This document shows positions 38,291 through 47,037 of a DNA stretch of 64,000 nt, piece by piece. The notes beneath the pieces were generated by a model. It was not told the DNA's origin and did no database searches. It worked only from the letters and a program-made list of their open reading frames with translations. This stretch comes from an uncultured Candidatus Binatia bacterium (GTDB lineage Bacteria > Desulfobacterota > Binatia > UBA9968 > CAXXLF01): contig OZ244621.1 of the NCBI GenBank assembly GCA_965218425.1, positions 353,368 to 417,367 of the forward strand. The letters are read 5' to 3'. How positions within the stretch are numbered: position 1 is the stretch's first letter; each line of letters starts with the position of its first letter. Both the position numbers and the translations under genes were made by a program.

Positions 38291-39252
38291 TATGTTTCAA
38301 GCGTGCCTGCCGCAAAGAAATCCTCTAATGCGAGCTTCTTGCTGGTGATGCCCTGCTCGGCATTATAGGTAAGATAGCTATCGATCATGTTCTTGTTTGC
38401 CCTGACCCCATATTTCCAAGGGTCTCCCCAATCCTTTATCTGTTCCTCCAGGCGCTCTCGTAGATAGACCACTGAGAATCCCGCCCGGTCGTTCAGGATA
38501 TCCTCATAGGCCAGCTTTTTTGCCTCCTCAAAGGCGGTAAAGAGCTTGCCGGCCAGATCCGGATTCCCACGGTCCAGTTTCTTGCTCATTACGATCTGGT
38601 GCATGGTGGCGTAAATGCCGGTCTCCCGATACAGCTGCAGGTCCTCCTCCACGTAATTGGGAAATAGACGCATAATCGACGGGTCTTGCTCGAGAGTACG
38701 GAAAGCCTTACCGTCTGAAATATCGGTGATGATGGCGTCTACCTCTCCATCCAGCAGGCGGTTTATTGGAGTCTTCTTGGGGTCCTCTGCAGCTTCAACC
38801 TTGGGTTCGGTTTTATGGAGGGGAAAGACCCTGCGTGGGATCGAGGTCACCCACCGCAGCTTGGAGGTGTCCACGCCATGCCTGTGTTGAAGCAGGCCCT
38901 GCAACCAGATGGTAATGGACGTTGGATAGGAGTTGCTCCCGATACGCTTGCCCTCGAGGTCCTTGGGTGAGTTGATCCCTCGGTCCGCGCGGCAAAACAG
39001 AAAGGTGTAAACCGGTTTCCTCTTTGAGAATACCGGCAGGCCGATCAGTTCCCAACCTGCTTCGATGGCTGGCAACACGTAGCCCGCGTTCAAGTCACAG
39101 AGCCCAAAAGCACCTTCTCGAAGCTCCGGTACGTCGTTGAAAACCATGGAGCTGGTGCGCACAGGCTTTAACTCAACACCCTCGATTTTCACCCGCCCTT
39201 CGAGCAAGGGCATGGTGTGATCGTAACGCATTATTGGAAACGGTACTTCCAT
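38290..39252 (-). CDS. cytoplasmic SsuA/NMT1-fold (COG0715-like) protein of the 4,5-dihydroxyphthalate decarboxylase-like family, copy 1
   Basis: SBP type II fold signature (LEGKRIGSNSYPTSITIWLQGLL...GVD...GEVDAII). No signal peptide. Start taken at ATG 39252 (MEVPFPIMRYD...), which has a G-rich RBS; the ORF is open to 39309. Confidence 0.55.
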   Translation of the reverse strand: MEVPFPIMRYDHTMPLLEGRVKIEGVELKPVRTSSMVFNDVPELREGAFGLCDLNAGYVLPAIEAGWELIGLPVFSKRKPVYTFLFCRADRGINSPKDLEGKRIGSNSYPTSITIWLQGLLQHRHGVDTSKLRWVTSIPRRVFPLHKTEPKVEAAEDPKKTPINRLLDGEVDAIITDISDGKAFRTLEQDPSIMRLFPNYVEEDLQLYRETGIYATMHQIVMSKKLDRGNPDLAGKLFTAFEEAKKLAYEDILNDRAGFSVVYLRERLEEQIKDWGDPWKYGVRANKNMIDSYLTYNAEQGITSKKLALEDFFAAGTLET

Positions 39253-39364
39253 TTTGCAACCCCCCGACAAAGCTGGTGCAGAATTACCACCCTCCCCAAT
39301 GGCAGTCAAGGGGGAACGACTCTATCATGCGATCCGGTGCGTGTAGCACCTCAGTCCTCGGCAA

Positions 39365-39562
39365 GGAAGGGCTCGGGGGCCCGTCCCTCAGCGGGAGCCG
39401 ATGGGTTTATACATCGAGGTCCCGCCATTAAATTCGAAATGCCAAGCTGGATTAAGCATCCAGTATCGGACGTCTCCCTTTCTTCGGAACAGGCCCCCCT
39501 GCACTCTCATCCGGAAGACGACGCGGGGGAGTAAAACGGAAGACCGTGGGCATCGAACACGG
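39365..39562. repeat. copy 1 of a roughly 195-bp conserved intergenic element shared with 42310-42505
   Basis: Three highly similar blocks (cagcgggagccgatggg..., cagtatcggacgtctccctttcttc..ggcccccctgc, gtgggcatcgaac) in the same order and orientation as copy 2. Confidence 0.6.
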
Positions 39563-39629
39563 ATCACCTGACATTTACAGGCCTATTGGCCTCGGTCGGA
39601 GGCGGATCTTCAACGCTTTTTCGCGAGCC

Positions 39630-40847
39630 TCACTTGACGAGATAGGGCCAGTGCTCACGCCAGCTTTCCTCTGCAGGGAACACTTCATGGACGGTGTCCA
39701 CATGGGTCATGTCGTTTTTTGCGGCATCCGTAATGATATGAGGGGGCTCCGTACCGTTCTGAAATGACTTCACCGCATTTAGAAGATAGTTACGCACCGC
39801 GATGACGGCTTTGTCGCTCATGCCCAAGCGCTCCTTCGAACGATCGAAGATGCCAGAATAGGACATGGTCTCCGTAGCGCAGGCATCCTGCACCATGATC
39901 TCCTTGATGCCGGTGAAATTCTGACTTCGCATCATCTCCGCGTCCTGGAGGTAGTCGTTGCTGAGATTGGGGATTTTCCGATAATCAGGACCGATGGAGG
40001 ACCGACGGTGCATATCCTCCGGCGTGACGGGCCGGTTCAGATAACCAAGGTCGTATCTCCACGTACGGGTGTCGTTGATGGGCGCATACATGTGAATTTC
40101 CCGGTTAAAAACCGGCACCCAAACCTCCACGGGCATAACAAAGCTCGAGACGCGTATATAGTGTTCCTTTGGATCGGGCTGGGATCGAGCGGCGATTAAA
40201 CGCACCCCGAAGTCAGTCTCCTCTGTCTCGTATTCGGCTGTCAGGTCCTGGAGCACGGGTCTACCTCGACCGAACTTTTGGGCACCATGGTGCATGATGG
40301 CCACATGGGCGGTATCACACTCCCCTTCCAGTCCCTGTAACCAATTGCATTCCAGGAGGACCTTGGTGACGTAAACATTCTCCTTTGGCGCCTGCGTAAA
40401 GCGATAGTTGGGAAAAAGAGGCATTTTCTCCCTGGGACCCAGGTAAGCCCAGATAATTCCGGCAACCTCATGCGTTGGATAGGACAGGTGTTTGACTTTA
40501 TCCCTGATGACACTGCGGTCTGGTTCTCCGGGGGTATCTAGTACGTTTCCCTCCACGTCATATTTCCAACCATGATAGATACAGGTCAGGCCACACTCTT
40601 CGTTGCGTGCATAAAACAGCGAGGTTCCGCGATGGGAACAATGTTCGCCCAGCAATCCGACCCTGCCCTCACTGTCTCGGAAGGCCACCAATTCTTCGCC
40701 CAGTAACCGCACACGCACGGGACGGCCGTCTCGCTCGGAGATTTCTTCCGAGAGCAGCGCAGGCAGCCAGTAGCGCCGCATCAATTGACCAAGCACCGCC
40801 CCGTTGTCCGTCCTGGTAATGAGATCATTGTCTTCTTTGCTCAGCAT
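39630..40847 (-). CDS. Rieske non-heme iron oxygenase alpha subunit, paralog 4
   Basis: CSHRGTSL...CIYHGW, CDTAHVAIMHHG, N-terminus MLSKEDNDLITRTDNGAVLGQLMRRYWLP. Confidence 0.8.
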   Translation of the reverse strand: MLSKEDNDLITRTDNGAVLGQLMRRYWLPALLSEEISERDGRPVRVRLLGEELVAFRDSEGRVGLLGEHCSHRGTSLFYARNEECGLTCIYHGWKYDVEGNVLDTPGEPDRSVIRDKVKHLSYPTHEVAGIIWAYLGPREKMPLFPNYRFTQAPKENVYVTKVLLECNWLQGLEGECDTAHVAIMHHGAQKFGRGRPVLQDLTAEYETEETDFGVRLIAARSQPDPKEHYIRVSSFVMPVEVWVPVFNREIHMYAPINDTRTWRYDLGYLNRPVTPEDMHRRSSIGPDYRKIPNLSNDYLQDAEMMRSQNFTGIKEIMVQDACATETMSYSGIFDRSKERLGMSDKAVIAVRNYLLNAVKSFQNGTEPPHIITDAAKNDMTHVDTVHEVFPAEESWREHWPYLVK

Positions 40848-40995
40848 AAGCGTCCTCCTTACTCCTCACAGCTATACAGCCAGATGAAGAAGGCACATGA
40901 GACACGAATAACATTACACCCTGCGCCCGATTCCCTCCTCACTCAGTACTAAACCGCATTGCCCACTGCTCTCTGCTACTATGCCGTGGTGTCTC

Positions 40996-42024
40996 TTAAG
41001 TGTCCCTTACGGCCGTGTGAAATAGATCGTCTACACTAGACCGCCCCTGGGTTAAGCCCTGCTCCGCGGAGCTGTGAAACATCATCTCCAGCATTTTTCG
41101 ATTGGCCTTCAAGCCCAATGGAAAGGGATCTTCTCCAAAGATCTTGGTTTGCCTTCTAATATCGTCTGCCAAGAACAATAGATATCCAGCCCCCTGTTGT
41201 TTTGCCCTTTCATAGGCTACTTCCTTGCTTTTCTGAAATGCCTTGAAGAGTTCCATGGCCACCCAGGGCTCTTTTTCCAAAACCTTGTTCTTGACTATCA
41301 CCATATGGTTTACGGGGATCACCCCCGTTTTGCCATAGAAATCACCAATAATCTGCCGGCCGAAATCGGGAAATAATTTTCGGATTCTTGGATTATCCTC
41401 GATGATGGTGCCTCCATGACGGTCGATAGGCTTGGCCACGCCAGGGTACTGGCGCGCAATCACACCATAGGCAGCGTCCAGCTCTCCCCTGTCTAGCATC
41501 ACATCAAGAGACTGATCTTCCTTGAGCCAGTGAAGGTCAATACCGGTGGGCGGGGTCTCGGCCAGCCCCAGCTCACCTCCGTGGCTGTGCTCAACTGTTC
41601 GGCCGTTGAACCAGACAATATCTTTGGCGCCAATTCCATAGAGCTCCTTCAGCACCGCCTTCATCCAGACCGCCGCAGTCATATTGTAATCGGGGACGCC
41701 CACTCTTTTGCCTGCGAAGTCTTTTAGCTCGTTGATCTTGGCCCCCGTATTCACAAACAAGGTAAGCCAGACAAAGGCCTTGGAGAGAAAGACCGGCAGA
41801 CCGCTCCATTGCCATCGGGTACCGTCGCCCCGCTCCTTGGTCATGGAAAAACTGGAGATGGACATTTCAGACACGTCGAATTCTTCATTTTTTAGATTGC
41901 GGTAAAAGAGGTTTCCCGGATCAATGATGACAAACTCCAGCTCGATGCCTTTTGGTTTTACAGTACCGTCGGCTAAAGGCTGTATGCGGGGATTGTTGGA
42001 AAATCCGATGGTAAGCTTGAGCAT
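40996..42024 (-). CDS. cytoplasmic SsuA/NMT1-fold protein (4,5-dihydroxyphthalate decarboxylase-like family), copy 2
   Basis: MLKLTIGFSNNPRIQPLADG... starts directly in a beta-strand with no signal peptide. LKDFAGKRVGVPDYNMTAAVWMKAVLKELYGIGAKDIVW fits the SsuA-like fold. Confidence 0.55.
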   Translation of the reverse strand: MLKLTIGFSNNPRIQPLADGTVKPKGIELEFVIIDPGNLFYRNLKNEEFDVSEMSISSFSMTKERGDGTRWQWSGLPVFLSKAFVWLTLFVNTGAKINELKDFAGKRVGVPDYNMTAAVWMKAVLKELYGIGAKDIVWFNGRTVEHSHGGELGLAETPPTGIDLHWLKEDQSLDVMLDRGELDAAYGVIARQYPGVAKPIDRHGGTIIEDNPRIRKLFPDFGRQIIGDFYGKTGVIPVNHMVIVKNKVLEKEPWVAMELFKAFQKSKEVAYERAKQQGAGYLLFLADDIRRQTKIFGEDPFPLGLKANRKMLEMMFHSSAEQGLTQGRSSVDDLFHTAVRDT

Positions 42025-42309
42025 AGTGCCTCCTCGGTTTTAATGAGATGGTGAGTTTACGCGGCATTCCCGTAGCGGATCATAACAGAACATTGGCGTA
42101 TGATGTCAACCTGAGACTGGCTATCAGGCTAGTGGTGCGGTTGCGTGGATGAGAACCCTGGTCCTAACGATGAAATGAACATGAGTTTGCACAAGGAGTC
42201 GCCGTCCCTTTTCCTCGACAGGCTCGGGATGGTGAGCGAAGTCGAACCACGATTCAGCGGTGCTTCGGCGGGAAGGATTGCTTGCCGATGTAAAAACCGG
42301 CGAGGAAAT

Positions 42310-42505
42310 CATGGGCTCGGAAACCCGCCCCCCAGCGGGAGCCGATGGGCTCATACCTCGAGGCCCCGTCGTTTGATCCGGCACGTCAACTTGGCATGAA
42401 CCTGCAGTATCGGACGTCTCCCTTTCTTCAGGCCAGGCCCCCTGCGCCCTGGATTCAATGAGCGACGAGGGGGCGAGGATGAAGAACGTGGGCATCGAAC
42501 GTGGT
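42310..42505. repeat. copy 2 of the roughly 195-bp conserved intergenic element
   Basis: See 39365-39562. Lies in the divergent region between the SsuA-fold gene and the epimerase gene. Confidence 0.6.
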
Positions 42506-42759
42506 GCTTCAGAAATTCACTGGCTTATTGCCCACGGCCTGAAGACTCGCGCACCGAAGAGCACGGATGGATTGGGAGAAATTGGTCTTGGCGGCCTGCG
42601 CCGTATGAAAACCAGAGGCCTCCCACTCGCAGGACCCTCGTCGCAATAGACCGCATATCCGAATCCACGAGGACCGACTGGGGCTTTCAATGGGATCGCT
42701 ATCCGTATAATAAGGTTTGAAGTGAATTCTTTATTAGGGCGCTGATAGGAGGATATGCC

Positions 42760-43707
42760 GTGATTCTAATCATTGGTGGCATGGGATTCATCGGTCTGAA
42801 TACCGCTCTCCGTCTGCTGGACGTGGGAGAGAGTGTTGTCATTACGCAGTACAGCATGCGTCGAGTGCCCGCCGTTCTTGAGCCGGAGTTGGATAAACGG
42901 GCCTTTGTTGCACCAATGGACGTGACAAAAGGCTATGAGGTGATGGACGTTGTTCACCGATACAAAGTGGAGAGCATCATCTCATTTGCGGCCCCTCCCG
43001 CCCGAGGCATCAGCGCTCAGGAAGATTACCGCATCTATACGGACGGGCTACAGAACACCCTCGAGGCGGCACGGGTTTTCGGCCTGCACAGGGTATCCCT
43101 GGCCAGTTCCACCTCGGTGTACGGCAGCCTTCAGGAAGGGCCCTTCCGGGAGGACATGCCGCTACCGGTTCAGGCCAAGACCCAAATAGAGGCGTTCAAA
43201 AAAGCCATGGAGGTCCACGCATTCCACTATTCAACTCGGATCGGTCTAGACTTGGTTGCGCTCCGCATCGGCAGCATCTACGGGCCCCACTACTACAGCA
43301 TGTTCAACCCCATGAGTCGCATGTGCCAGGCGGCGTTGAAGGGTTCAGACCCCGACTTCTCCGATCGCCCCGCCGGCTCCATACGCGAGGATGACGAAGG
43401 CGATTGGACCTATGTCGCGGATCTAGCCAGAGGTATCGAGCTGGTACACAGGGCGGGAAAGCTTTCCCACAACACTTATAACGTAGGCTCAGGCAAGGCC
43501 ACTTCCACCAGGCGCATATTTGAAGCGGTGCAAAAGATCATACCAGGTGCGCGCTGCTCTGCTCTCAAACCCGGGCGAAGCGGCGCCATGCCCATAAACC
43601 CGGTTATGGACTTAAGCCGAATTAGCAAGGATGTCGGCTACGAACCTGAGTACGATATCGACTCCGGTATGGCGGCCTACGTGGAACATCTCAAGGGACA
43701 GCCCTAA
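42760..43707 (+). CDS. NAD-dependent epimerase/dehydratase (extended SDR) family protein
   Basis: N-terminal ILIIGGMGFIGLNTALRLL Rossmann motif. 315 aa. Confidence 0.7.
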   Translation: MILIIGGMGFIGLNTALRLLDVGESVVITQYSMRRVPAVLEPELDKRAFVAPMDVTKGYEVMDVVHRYKVESIISFAAPPARGISAQEDYRIYTDGLQNTLEAARVFGLHRVSLASSTSVYGSLQEGPFREDMPLPVQAKTQIEAFKKAMEVHAFHYSTRIGLDLVALRIGSIYGPHYYSMFNPMSRMCQAALKGSDPDFSDRPAGSIREDDEGDWTYVADLARGIELVHRAGKLSHNTYNVGSGKATSTRRIFEAVQKIIPGARCSALKPGRSGAMPINPVMDLSRISKDVGYEPEYDIDSGMAAYVEHLKGQP

Positions 43708-43753
43708 CAGCAAGAAGGCTCTTCAGCCCTCTAAGCGAAACCCACAGGACCCG

Positions 43754-45076
43754 TCACGATTCCGCTTGATTTACACCGACACCTTCCCATCGTGAGGCGG
43801 AAAGGATGTCACGATAGGCGTCGAGCCAATGGGTTCCTTCATCGGCCACAAAATGGCCGCCACGAACCCGGTCATAGTATTCCGGGTGATCTGCGCTGGG
43901 GGGCAGGGTCTTATCCTTCTCGTAAGCAAGCGCGCTCCGAATCAAGAGACGACGCACCCGGGCAATCATAATGTCGCTAGGGGCCAGATGCTCTATGGTG
44001 CGGTCGAGGATGGCTCCCATGCTCTCCTGGATCGCCTGGTCCTGCATTTGGACTCCTTCAATTCCGGTATAGCTTTGGGTACGCTGGACCTCGCGGTCAA
44101 TACCATAGTCGTTAGTTGCGTTGAGGGAGAGCCGCCAGCGACCATACCAATCCGTGGTGTTGGGGAGATAGGGATAGTTTCGTGAGGCGCCGGCAATCTC
44201 ACCGTCGCGGACGGGTCGGCCTTGATAAGGATAGGCTCCCTGCTTGATGAGCTCCACGATCATGGTGTGAGTGTCGTCCATAGGCACATAGGCGCGAGTC
44301 AACACATTGGTTTGCAATGAATTGATGGGGGGCATGGTCCAGAAAGGAAAAAGGAAATGGCCGAACCGCCAGTAGGTCTGTCCCTCATGGGCCGGTCGGT
44401 GGGCGGCGTAGATGTAGCCGTAATCGGTTTCCTGGATTTTGTATTCCGGCGCCCGGTTAGCAACCACGAACTGTTGTTGAGCGTCTGGCTGAAAGGCGCT
44501 GCGGTCGATCTTACCGAAATGCATAATCCCCACGTGGGAGGTATCCAGCTCCCCCTCCAACCCCTGGAGCCAGTTGGCCTCCCGCTGGGTAAAACGGATG
44601 CTGAGCTGATCCTCTGGCACTAACGTGGATTCCACAGGGGGAAAGGCGGGAGGAGCCTCCTGGCGCTCACCCATGTAAACATAGACAACCCCGTTGCGCT
44701 CCACAATCTTGTAGGCCCCGGCTTTCACCTTGTGTTTGAAATCTAAATCCGGCGGCAAATTGGCTTGATCGACGCAATTGCCTCGCACGTCGAACTTCCA
44801 TCCGTGATAGACGCATCGGATTCCGTCCTCTTCGTTCCTACCAAAAAAGAACGAGGCGCCGCGGTGCGGGCAGCGGTGGTCCATGATACCCGCTCGACCC
44901 GAGGAATCGCGAAACGCGATGAGCTTCTCCCCCAGGAGCACCAGCCGCATGGGATCGCCGTCAGCTTTGAGCTCCGCAGACATGGCCGCGGGGATCCAGA
45001 ATTGCCGCATTAACTCCCCCATGGGCGTACCACGCCCAACCCGGGTCAGGATCTCGTTATCGCGTATGTTGGTCAT
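43754..45076 (-). CDS. Rieske non-heme iron oxygenase alpha subunit, paralog 5
   Basis: CPHRGASF...CVYHGW, LDTSHVGIMHFG, N-terminus MTNIRDNEILTRVGRGTPMGELMRQFWIP. Its start overlaps the nitroreductase stop by 4 nt. Confidence 0.8.
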   Translation of the reverse strand: MTNIRDNEILTRVGRGTPMGELMRQFWIPAAMSAELKADGDPMRLVLLGEKLIAFRDSSGRAGIMDHRCPHRGASFFFGRNEEDGIRCVYHGWKFDVRGNCVDQANLPPDLDFKHKVKAGAYKIVERNGVVYVYMGERQEAPPAFPPVESTLVPEDQLSIRFTQREANWLQGLEGELDTSHVGIMHFGKIDRSAFQPDAQQQFVVANRAPEYKIQETDYGYIYAAHRPAHEGQTYWRFGHFLFPFWTMPPINSLQTNVLTRAYVPMDDTHTMIVELIKQGAYPYQGRPVRDGEIAGASRNYPYLPNTTDWYGRWRLSLNATNDYGIDREVQRTQSYTGIEGVQMQDQAIQESMGAILDRTIEHLAPSDIMIARVRRLLIRSALAYEKDKTLPPSADHPEYYDRVRGGHFVADEGTHWLDAYRDILSASRWEGVGVNQAES

Positions 45077-45809
45077 GACCGTCCCTCCTCCGGCACATCA
45101 CTTTCAGGCCGGGTTTTCCTCCCGTAGGAACCCCGACGGGTCAGGGTCATAAGGAACTTGTTAAAATCCTTTTCGCCTCTAAATTTCTTCATGTCATATT
45201 TCTCCGCGTGTGTCATACTGTCCAATGCACGACGAGGCGGAGGACTCACTGGTGTAGAAGGATACCCAATCGGGACAACGTGGTAGATTCTCAAAGGTTC
45301 GGGAACCCCCAACAGAACCTTGAGCATGGTAGACATATAAGGAGAGCTGGCGTCGCTCACGTATTGAGCCCCCAAGCCTAGGCTGGTGGCTGCAAGATGA
45401 ATCAAGAGAGTCGCATTGGCCAACCCACTGTAAAAATGGGAATCGGATTTTTCCTCCCGTGTTCGGATGGGATAGGATTCATTGACTCTGGGATCGCCGA
45501 GAACCACAATATGGACCGGCGCATTGCGAAACCCGGCCCCCGTCATCTTGATCTCCCCTCGCACGGCCATCTCCCTCTCTTTTTTATGCTCCAACTGCTT
45601 TAGGTATAGATCCGCGATTTTGTTTCTCGTTTCCTGATCTCGGACCACGATAAATTCCCAGGGTTGCCCATTGCCCCCCGACGGCGTCCAACTGGCAACC
45701 CCCAGTATTTTCTTGACCACCTCTTCGGGAACGTCCTTGTCCTTCTGATATCCCCGGATGCTTCGCCGGCTCATCACTAACTCGCAGAATTCATCAATAC
45801 TCGACATGG
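45073..45809 (-). CDS. nitroreductase-family FMN-dependent oxidoreductase
   Basis: LVMSRRSIRGYQKDKDVPEEVVKKILGVASWTPSGGNGQPWEFIVV is the classic nitroreductase N-terminus. Start taken at ATG 45809 (RBS ctggag upstream); the ORF is open to 45870. Confidence 0.7.
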
Positions 45810-45832
45810 CCATCTCCAGATCCGGATTCAAC

Positions 45833-46804
45833 CTAGAGTGTGAGACTCTCGGGAAAGAATAGATCCTCAAGCTTCGGTTTTTTGTCTAAAAGTCCCTGCT
45901 GGACCTGGTATTCCATGAGAGTCTCCAAGGACTTCCGGGCACAGGAATCCAACCTATAGGAGAATGGATCGTCCTCCATGACTTCCCGCTCCCATCGGGC
46001 TTCTTTCTTTTGCTCTTCGTTCATGTAATTCTCCGCCAGTGCACGGGCCTGTCGAAAGACCCTCAACAAACTCCCAACCACCCAAGGATGCCCGGCCACT
46101 AGTTCCTCCCGTAAAGCCAAACTATGGATGATGGGGATAACCTGAGTTCGCCGGAAGTAGTCTGCCTCCACTCGATACGAGTCTTCGAATAGGCGACGCA
46201 ACCTAGGATTTTTTGCCAGGCCAGGATAGGGCTCCAGCGCAGCGTCTATCTCACCCTCCTCCAGGAGCTCAATGGCATGCTCCCGAGTTCTCGGCGCCGA
46301 TATGAACTGCACCCGGACGCCTTCGGGTCGAAGGCGTAGCCCTTCCTCCCCCACATCGTTTTCGGCAACGTACCAATCCATCTCCTCTGGCCGTACCCCG
46401 TAATCGTTTTGCAGCAGTCCACGCACCCATACGGACGTGGATGCATTGTAACGATGCACGGTGACCCGTTTTCCTTTCAAATCCGACGGCTGGCGCACCG
46501 ATGAATTAGCCGGGCAATATATGCATCGATGCCGAAACTGGCGGGAAATAAATACTGGAAATATCTTTAAGGGCACTCCGCGGTTACGAGCCAGAATAAA
46601 CGAAGACGTGGAGCATTCCCCACCGGGAATCTTACCCTCAATGATCCATCGGTGGCGAGCACCCGTGTTGTCGTATCCCTGCGAAAACTGGCTCCGGCAC
46701 TCAAGATCGATGCCCTCTGGTTTAACATGCCCGTCGAACAGGGCCTGAGTGCGGTTATTTAGGGACAATCCTAAAGTGAGGGGCAAGGGCTTAGCCATGG
46801 TCAT
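45833..46804 (-). CDS. cytoplasmic SsuA/NMT1-fold protein (4,5-dihydroxyphthalate decarboxylase-like family), copy 3
   Basis: MTMAKPLPLTLGLSLNNRTQALFDGHVKPEGIDLE... with no signal peptide. DLKGKRVTVHRYNASTSVWVRGLLQNDYGV fits the SsuA-like fold. First gene of a three-gene overlapping operon. Confidence 0.55.
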   Translation of the reverse strand: MTMAKPLPLTLGLSLNNRTQALFDGHVKPEGIDLECRSQFSQGYDNTGARHRWIIEGKIPGGECSTSSFILARNRGVPLKIFPVFISRQFRHRCIYCPANSSVRQPSDLKGKRVTVHRYNASTSVWVRGLLQNDYGVRPEEMDWYVAENDVGEEGLRLRPEGVRVQFISAPRTREHAIELLEEGEIDAALEPYPGLAKNPRLRRLFEDSYRVEADYFRRTQVIPIIHSLALREELVAGHPWVVGSLLRVFRQARALAENYMNEEQKKEARWEREVMEDDPFSYRLDSCARKSLETLMEYQVQQGLLDKKPKLEDLFFPESLTL

Positions 46805-47037
46805 GCCTCCCTTCCTGGTTGGAAGCTAACATACGCAAAATACCCCCATCTGTCATCAACGGGTGGACGATTTTCGCAAGAGTCTATGAGAGAAACCTAG
46901 ACAAATCAACTGCGGATTGAGGCTCTAAAAGAGGGACGGCAACCGAAACTTGAACTCCGGCTCATTCTGGATTAATCTTTAACAGAATCGAAAATATCTG
47001 AACCAGAAAATTCCAACACCTTGGAGGTGTAATACTG

